From an uncultured Candidatus Babeliaceae bacterium (GTDB lineage Bacteria; Babelota; Babeliae; Babelales; Babelaceae), in assembly GCA_963704655.1 (NCBI GenBank), contig OY969927.1:292222-356221 (forward strand): DNA of 64,000 nt. Reading direction: 5' to 3'. The notes under the pieces are model-generated. The model made no database searches and had not been told where the DNA came from. It was given only the letters and a program-made list of their open reading frames with translations. This document shows positions 25,601 through 34,600 of this stretch, piece after piece (positions within the stretch are counted from its first letter, which is position 1; each line of letters starts with the position of its first letter). A program made the translations under genes and the position numbers.

Positions 25601-28600
25601 TTATCACCTAAAATAGATGCGCCAGAAAGCGTATTTGCCCCAATTGCAATATTGTCAAAATTATTAATACCTGCAGCATTTGCTAATGCTTGATAGCCTA
25701 ATGCAACGTTTGATGTGCCGGTTGTATTTGAGCCAAGAGCATTATACCCAAGAGCAGTATTTTGAATACCTGTAGTATTCGAACCAAGCGCATAATACCC
25801 AACCGCTGTTAAATTATTTGCACGATTGCTATAAAGACTTTGGTACCCAACTCCAACGTTATTACTTACATTCTTGGCAGCACTAGCGCCATTTCCAAAT
25901 AATGCACTAGTACCAAGAGCAACATTATAAGATCCAGAAGTATTTGTTCCTAGCGAAGAGATACCCATAGCAACGTTATTAACGCCTGTAGTGTTATTAG
26001 TCATGCTACTGAAACCTATTGCAATATTAAAACCTATAGTATCGCTTGGTAATGTAAGCGCCCCGATTGCTATATCTTGACCATTTATTGGCGTGGCATT
26101 CTGCATTGCTAAACTGCCAATAGCAATATTAGCTCCTTGACCATTATCTTTTTGCAATGCACTGTATCCTATAGCAATATCTGAAGCAGCAGCATTTAAT
26201 GGTGTAGCATTTTGCATTGCACCAGAACCAATCGCCACATTTTGACCAATTGCACCATTGAAAGTCGCTAATGCATTATTGCCAAGTGCAACATTATCAC
26301 TAGATGTCATATTAGATTTTGCAGCTTGATATCCTACTGCAGTATTATTTTTTCCCGTTGTATTTGCATTAAGTGCTTGATTACCTAATGCGACATTTAA
26401 TGTGCCGGTGAGGGTATTATTATTTCCTGCATTCAAGCCGATAATGGTATTACCATATGTTGGCGCAAAGACAAAGCCCTGACCAATATTGCAACCGCCG
26501 ACAGAACTGTAATTAATTAAACTATTACCGGTGAGTGTGACTGTTGTTGCTTCAAAGCTGCCGGTGCTATCACGTAAAATGAGTGTTAATGCGGTGTCAC
26601 ATGATGTTGCCGTGTTAATAAGATTTGAGTATGAGCCTATGCCAAGTTGGCCGCTGCTGGTAACAACCACCGGTTCACCCACTTGTAAGTTATTGTAAAT
26701 GCCAGCAACATATGCAGCAGTTTGCGTTCCTTGTGTACCGATATACGTAACGTTACTATCAGTTGAATTACCTTGATTTGCAATATAAATACTATTTGAA
26801 GTGCTTGTTCCTGCGTTTACGCCAGCTTCATAACCAAGTGCAACATTGTAAGTTCCCGTTATTATGTTAGATAAAGTTGCCTCCCCAACAGCTACATTAA
26901 ACCCTGCACTATCTAGTCCTAATGAATTATATCCAATAGCAACGTCATGAGAAGCCTGTGCGCTGTTCATCGCATTAATTCCAAGCGCGGTATTATAATA
27001 ACCAGCTGTTGTTGCGTACATTGCTTGCGAACCAACTGCAGTATTATAATTACCAATCATATTAGCATTGAGTGCCAAAGTGCCAATTGCGGTATTTGAA
27101 CCGCCGGATGTATTTGCTGATAACGCAAAAGCACCAAATGCGCTGTTTCCTAACCCTGAGTTATTGTCTTGTAAAGCAAATGTGCCAACTGCTGTATTAT
27201 CATATCCGGTAGTATTTGCACTTAATGCTTGTGAGCCAACGGCAACGTTGTAGCCAGAGCTATCATGAGCAAGTGCTTGATAGCCAATTGCAACAGAGTT
27301 TCCAAAATATGGATTAGCCGAGGCCATTGCGTTGGTACCGATAGCAACGTTGTTGCTCTTATTAGTATTGGTTGCAAGCGTGCCAAACCCGAGTGCAGTG
27401 TTATTATACCCAGTGATATTGTTTGCAAGCGCTTGATAACCAAGTGCAACATTTGATGTTCCAGTTAAGTTATTACTATTGCCTGCTCCAAGACCAATAA
27501 GGGTATTTTGTTTTGTTGGTGCCCAGACAAAACCAGCGCCTGTATCGCATCCGCCAACAGAGCTATAATTGATTAAGCTGTTGCCCGTGAGTGTGATAGT
27601 GGTTGCTGCAAAGCTGCCCGTGCTGTCGCGCAGCACAAGTGCTAATGCATTGTCACATGATGTTGCGGTGTTAATAAGATTTGAATATGATCCCACACCA
27701 AGTTGTCCGTTGCTGGTAATAACTACCGGTTCACCCACTTGTAAGTTATTGTAAATGCCCGCAACATACGTTTGGGTTTGTCCATTACCAATTTTTATAA
27801 GATTGTTATCTCCTGCAGAGCCAACAACATTTGCTCCTAAGTAGATATTGTTTGATCCTGTAAGGCAATTAAGCCCTGCATAGTAACCTAGGGCAGTATT
27901 AGCATAGCCGCTGTTGTTATAATAGAGTGAATAGTACCCTATCCCGACGTTACTAGTGCCAGTTATGTTAGATTGCAATGCTCTTGAACCAATTGCAACT
28001 TGCTGTTGCCCCTGTGTATTATTAGTGAGGCTATATATACCAATAGCTATATTGTCACCAGAATTACTATTTGCCAGCGTAGATATTCCAATGCCGATGT
28101 TAGAGCTGCCTACAGTATTATTTTGTAATGAATAGTCGCCAATAGCTGTGTTAAATTGCCCAGCGGTATTGTTTGCAAGTGCATAATATCCTGCGGCAAA
28201 GTTATTGGTTCCTGTATTATTTTGTAATGCGTTAGTCCCCAGAGCTATTTGATATGGTCCAGTATTATTTTGTAATGCATTTAAGCCAATGCCGATATTG
28301 TCATGTCCTGAGCTATTAAGCTGTAACGCATTATAACCAATGGCTATATTACTTGTCCCTGTGGCAATTAATTGTAAAGCATTTTGTCCAATAGCGATAT
28401 TTCCGCTACCCGTTAATGTGTTGTTATTACCAGCATTTAATCCAATAATAGTATTATTATGTGTTGGCGCAAAGATAAAGCCTTGGCCAGTATTGCATCC
28501 GCCGAGCGAGCTGTAATTAATTAAGCTCTTTCCCGAAAGCGCAACTGTTGTAGCTTCAAATGTGCCCGTGTTATCACGCAAGACAAGGGTTGATGGAGTG

Positions 28601-31600
28601 TCGCATGCTGTTGCAGCCGTAAGTAAGGTATATGTTGGAAGCGTTGACCAAGAAAGTTGTGCTGGATTATTTCCATCTGTTGTCAATAATTGACCAAAAG
28701 CACCTTGGTTAATAGGCATTTGTAAGGTGTACGTAAACGCATATGTTGCAGATGGTGCAGTAATGCCTGCGTAGTTTGTATTACCACTATCGTAAATATT
28801 AAACTGTTTTGCCAGCACGTTATTAAAAAGGTTATTTGGAGCATACCCAAGGTTTGTGCTATTTATTGTGCCACTTGGCATAATATACCGCACTGAGCTG
28901 TTACCCAGCATGACGCTGTTATCAACGAATGCAGCAGCGCCTGCGCCTATGGCCGTTCTATTTTGCGCTGGTTCACCAACATCTGCGCCAGTACCTAGTG
29001 CCGTGTTGTTACTACCAGAAGTTACCGTTAATAATGCCGAATAGCCCACTGCAGTATTAGAACCCCCAAGTACATTAGCGCTTAATGCCGAATAGCCCTC
29101 TGCGGTGTTATAACTTCCAATTACATTGGCGCTTAATGCGTTGTTGCCAACGGCGGTATTATAATTGCCCGATATATTATTTGTTAAGGCAAAACTTCCT
29201 ATTGCAGTATTAATAATTGGTTCTGGTCGTGGGTCAAAAATTGAATCTCCAAAAAACTGATAAGCAATTGCATTCATCGATGCTTGATACCCAATGGCAA
29301 CATTATATTGCATCGGATAAGTTCCAGCAAAGATGCCACCATTTACCACCAAATCGGTTCCGGTCATCAATGCCGAAGTTCCTATAGCAACATTAGAAAA
29401 ACCTTGTTGCGTTGATGCTAATGCGCCTGTACCAATAGCGATATTATCTGCTGCGCCATTAAAAATATAAGAGTTATTCTCACCCTCTCCACCTATAAGA
29501 CTTTGTCCAGCAAATGCGCCAATGGCGATATTGTCAAAACCTGCGGTGATACTTGCAAGAGCATCAAAACCAAGTGCAACGTTTGATGTGCCCGTTAAGA
29601 TATTATTATTGCCTGCATTCAAACCAATAAGAGTATTTTGATTTGTTGGCGCAAAGACAAAGCCTTGGCCAGTATTGCATCCGCCAATTGTGCTGTAATT
29701 AATTAAACTGTTTCCCGTGAGTGTGATAGTTGTTGCTGCAAAGCTGCCCGTGCTGTCGCGCAGAACCAGCGACAATATATTGTCGCATGATGTTGCGGTG
29801 TTAATAAGATCTGAATATGTCCCCACACCAAGTCGTCCGCTGCTGGTAACAACTACCGGTTCACCAACAAGTAGAGTGTTATAAATGCCCGCAACATATG
29901 CAGCAGTTTGTGTGCCTTGTGTACCGATATACGTGACGTTATTATCTGTTGAATTACCTAAATTTGATATATAAATACTATTAGAAGTATTTGACCCTGC
30001 ATTCTGACCCGCTGCATAGCCAAGTGCCACATTCGAGTTTCCCGATGTTATAAGCTCTATTGCATTAACTCCGACTGCGGTATTATATTGACCTGTAGTT
30101 AAGTCTAGCAATGCGTTCGTTCCAACTGCTGTGTTATAACTTCCTCCAATATTATTATTAAGTGCTGAAGCGCCAATGCCAGTATTTTGTACACCAGTTG
30201 TATTAGTTGTCAGTGCATTAAAACCAAGGGCCGTATTGAAATTACCAGTAGTGTTAGCTTGTAATGCAAACGTACCAACTGCGGCATTATATGGGCTTAA
30301 ATTTGCGCTTAATGCTTGCGAACCAACGGCAACGTTGTAGCCAAAACTATCATGGGCAAGTGCTTGATAGCCAATTGCAACAGAGTTTCCTGAAAGGGGA
30401 TTAGCCGAGGCCATAGCCTGGGTGCCAATAGCAACGTTGTTGCTCTTATTAACATTGGTTGCAAGCGTGCCAAATCCGAGTGCCGTGTTATTGCTGCCAG
30501 ACGTATTGAGTGCCAATGCATTAAACCCAAGCGCAAGATTACCTGTGCCGGTGATATTGATATTATTATTTCCAGCATTTAAACCAATAATGGTATTACC
30601 CTTTGTTGGCGCAAAGACAAAGCCAGCGCCGGTATTGCAACCGCCCACCGTGCTGTAATTAATTAAGCTATTGCCAGTTAACGTTATTGTTGTTGCTGCA
30701 AAGCTGCCCGTGCTGTCGCGCAGCACAAGTGTTGATGCATTATCGCATGATGTTGCAGTGTTAAGTAAATTAAGTTGAGCACTATTAGTTACCGTGGTAA
30801 TCCAGCTTAATTGTGCAGGTGCGCCACCATTTGTGGATAATACTTGGCCATTCGCGCCATGTGATGTTGGTAAAATAAGGCCATATGATGAAGAAAAGCT
30901 TGAGGGCACGGTAAATGTTATGTTACCGGTGCTATTTCCTTGGAATACTAAACCACTTTGTGCACGGATATTAAAGGTATCATTTGATGTTGATGCAAAT
31001 GATGAGCCTTGTGAATCGGCAAAGACAAATGCACCATTGTTTGCAGCATTTGCTTGTTGGCCAAGTGCCACAGAATATTCCCCATTTGCTTGGTTGTTAT
31101 AACCGCCGGGTACTGTTGCATATTGTCCGCCTGCTGCGTTGCCATTACCGCCACCAACTGTTCCAGCATAACCCGCAGAATTATTCTGGCCACCACCAAC
31201 TGTTGCATATGAACTTGATGTGCTATTATTATAGCCACCGGTTATAACCGCGTAATAGCCATTTAGATTATTCGACAAACCCCCGCCGATAATGGACCAA
31301 TTTCCTAGTGAACTTCCTAGAGTATTATTTTGGCCACCAACAACAACAGAATAATCACTATTTGCGGTATTGGTATATCCAGCGCCTACAAATGAGCTGT
31401 TACCAGATGCGGTGTTATAAGTTCCACCGCCAACAACAGCATAATAATTAGATGCGTTATTATAATAGCCCCCTGTTATAACCGAGTAATCACTATTTGC
31501 GGTATTGGTATATCCAGCGCCTACAAATGAACTGTTACCAGATGCGGTGTTATAATTTCCACCGCCAACAACAGCATAATAATTAGATGCTTTATTTTGA

Positions 31601-34600
31601 TAACCACCAACAACTGTGGCGTAATCATCTGTAGCATTGTGGTTTTGGCCACCGCCTATAAATGAGCTGTTTCCTGCAGCCTTATTGTTAAAACCACCAA
31701 CGACAATTCCATAGGTATTTGATGCGGTGTTGGCAGATCCGCCAACAACTGTGGCGAAAGTATTTGAAGCACTATTTCCTTCGCCGCCCACAATAACAGC
31801 TTGGTCGCCTGTTGTATTGGAGTTGCCGATGCCACCGCCAATAAATGAGCTATTACCTGCAGCGTTATTGCCAAAACCACCAACAACAACTCCGTAGGTA
31901 TTAGAAGCAGTGTTGCTTTGGCCACCAAGTATAGCAGCGTTAGTATTTGATGCGTGGTTATACTGTCCACCGCCAACAACAGCATAATTACCAGATGCTG
32001 TATTTTCATAACCGCCAGTTACCGATGAGTAATCACCTGAAGCAGTGTGGTGTTCACCATTACCGACAAATGAGCTATTTCCTGTAGAGTTATTATAACT
32101 GCCACCAACAACAATTCCATAGGAATTTGATGCAGTGTTATTTTGTCCACCAAGTATAGCAGCGTAACTATTTGATGCGGTGTTGCTTTGTCCGCCTGCA
32201 ATAACAGCGTAAGAACCGGATGCAACATCAGACCCGCTTGCATTAATTTGTAAATCAACAGCATATGTTCCGCGTGTGTTACCACTTGCAGATGCTTGTA
32301 ATGCGCGAGAACCTTGCGGAGCTACTGTAAGTGCTGAAATGCTACCACAGATTTGTCCTGCAGGTGAAAGGGTAGGGTCATTTACTGTTAAACATCCATC
32401 TGCTGTTATGTTGTATGCGGCAAAGCTGCCTGTATTGTCCCGTAACACAAGTGTGTTTGGAATATCTGCGCTTGTTGCGGTGTAAATCCAATTTAATTCT
32501 GTTGAATTAGTTACCGTTGTTATCCAGCCAAGCTGTTCTGTTTTTCCTGGTCCTGAAACGACCCCAAGAACTTGATACAATCCAGGGGCAGCGTTAGTTG
32601 GCAATATTAATGTGTACGTATTAGTTAGATTTCCAGCGGTTAATGACACTGAACCAGCGCCTGTTGAGCCTTGGAAAACTTGATATCCTGTTACGGTAAT
32701 ATTTGTTGCCGCAAAGCTTCCCGTACTATCGCGTTCTACTATTGTTCCTTGAATATCAAGTGGTGTTGCATTATAAACACCGTTATAAGCAAACTCAAAG
32801 TTTTGATAGTCAATGCCAGAAATTAAACCAACGCTGGTTGTGCCAATTAAGTTACCTGCGTAGGGAATGTTCAATTCATGTGTTCCAGGTTCAATGTCAT
32901 TCCATACAACAAGTGTTAAATTACCGGTATTTGTAGTTAAAAATTGTTCTGGTGCTGTTAAGCCATTAAGACTTTCAATGCCACCTGTTAATGTTGCAAC
33001 CCAGCTTAATTGCCCAGAGCCGTTATTAAACAATGCTTGATTTGGTCCAGTAGCCTGTGCTGCTGGCAATATTAATGTGTACGTATTAGTTAGATTTCCA
33101 GCGGTTAATGACACTGAACCAGCGCCTGTTGAGCCTTGGAAAACTTGATATCCTGTTACGGTGATATTGGTTGCTGCGAAGCTTCCCGTACTATCGCGTT
33201 CTACTATTGTTCCTTGAATATCAAGTGGTGTTGCATTATAAACACCGTTATAAGCAAACTCAAAGTTTTGATAGTCAATGCCAGAAATTAAACCAACGCT
33301 GGTTGTGCCAATTAAGTTACCTGCGTAGGGAATGTTCAATTCATGTGTTCCAGGCTCAATGTCATTCCATACAACAAGTGTTAAATTACCGGTATTTGTA
33401 GTTAAAAATTGTTCTGGTGCCGTTAAGCCATTAAGACTTTCAATGCCACCTGTTAATGTTGCAACCCAGCTTAATTGCCCAGAGCCGTTATTAAACAATG
33501 CTTGATTTGGTCCAGTAGCCTGTGCTGCTGGCAATATTAATGTGTACGTATTAGTTAGATTTCCAGCGGTTAATGACACTGAACCAGCGCCTGTTGAGCC
33601 TTCGAATACTTGATATCCTGTTACGGTGATATTGGTTGCTGCAAAGCTTCCAGTACTATCGCGTTCTACTATTGTTCCTTGAATATCAAGTGGTGTTGCA
33701 TTATAAACACCATTATAAGCAAACTCAAAGTTTTGATAATCTTCACCGGTGATTAAACCAACATGGTTATTGTCATCAGGTAAATTACCAGCATATGGGA
33801 TATCTAATTGATGTACGCCAGTTACTGCGTTATCAGTCCAACCAAAGAATGTTTCAGCTGTGTAGGTAGTTAAGAATTGATTTACAACAGTTACACTATT
33901 CAAGCTTTCAATTGCTGAACCAATAACAACGGTCTGCCATGAAAGATTACCGAACCCATCATTAATAAGTGTCTGACTTGAGTTACCCTGTGCTTGTGGA
34001 AGAGTTACACCATAACTTGTTGAAACTGTTGCTGGGCCAGTAATAGAGACAGTACCACTGTTATCTTTTGCTTCAAACGCTACCGTTGTTACCGTTACAG
34101 TTGTTGCTGCAAAGCTGCCGGTAGAATCGCGTAATACGAGTGTTAATGGAATATCTGCGCTTGTTGCAGACAGCACGGTTGAATAGGTTTGTGCAAGTGC
34201 GCATGCAGGAATGCCACAGACAAATGCAACGTGTGTTGCAGTTTGCGTGCCGATGACATCACCATATAATTGTCCGGTAAATGAAGTGGTAGTTATTGTC
34301 CCCACGCCAAGTTGCCCAAGTGAAGTTACTACAACAGGTGAACCGGTTACCGGTGTTCCATAAATACCAGCAACATATGCAGAAGTTTGTGTGCCTTGTG
34401 TGCCAATGCGAATGGTATTTTGGTCACCAGGTGCGCCACCACTGCTTATTAAAATATTATTACTTTCATTAGAAGTATAAGGATAACCAGCATTTAAGCC
34501 CAATGCAATATTATTAACACCTGTTAATACATTACCTAATGCAGAGTGACCAAGTGCAAGGTTTTGTCCACCAACATCTTTAGCAAGTGCGCCGTTACCC

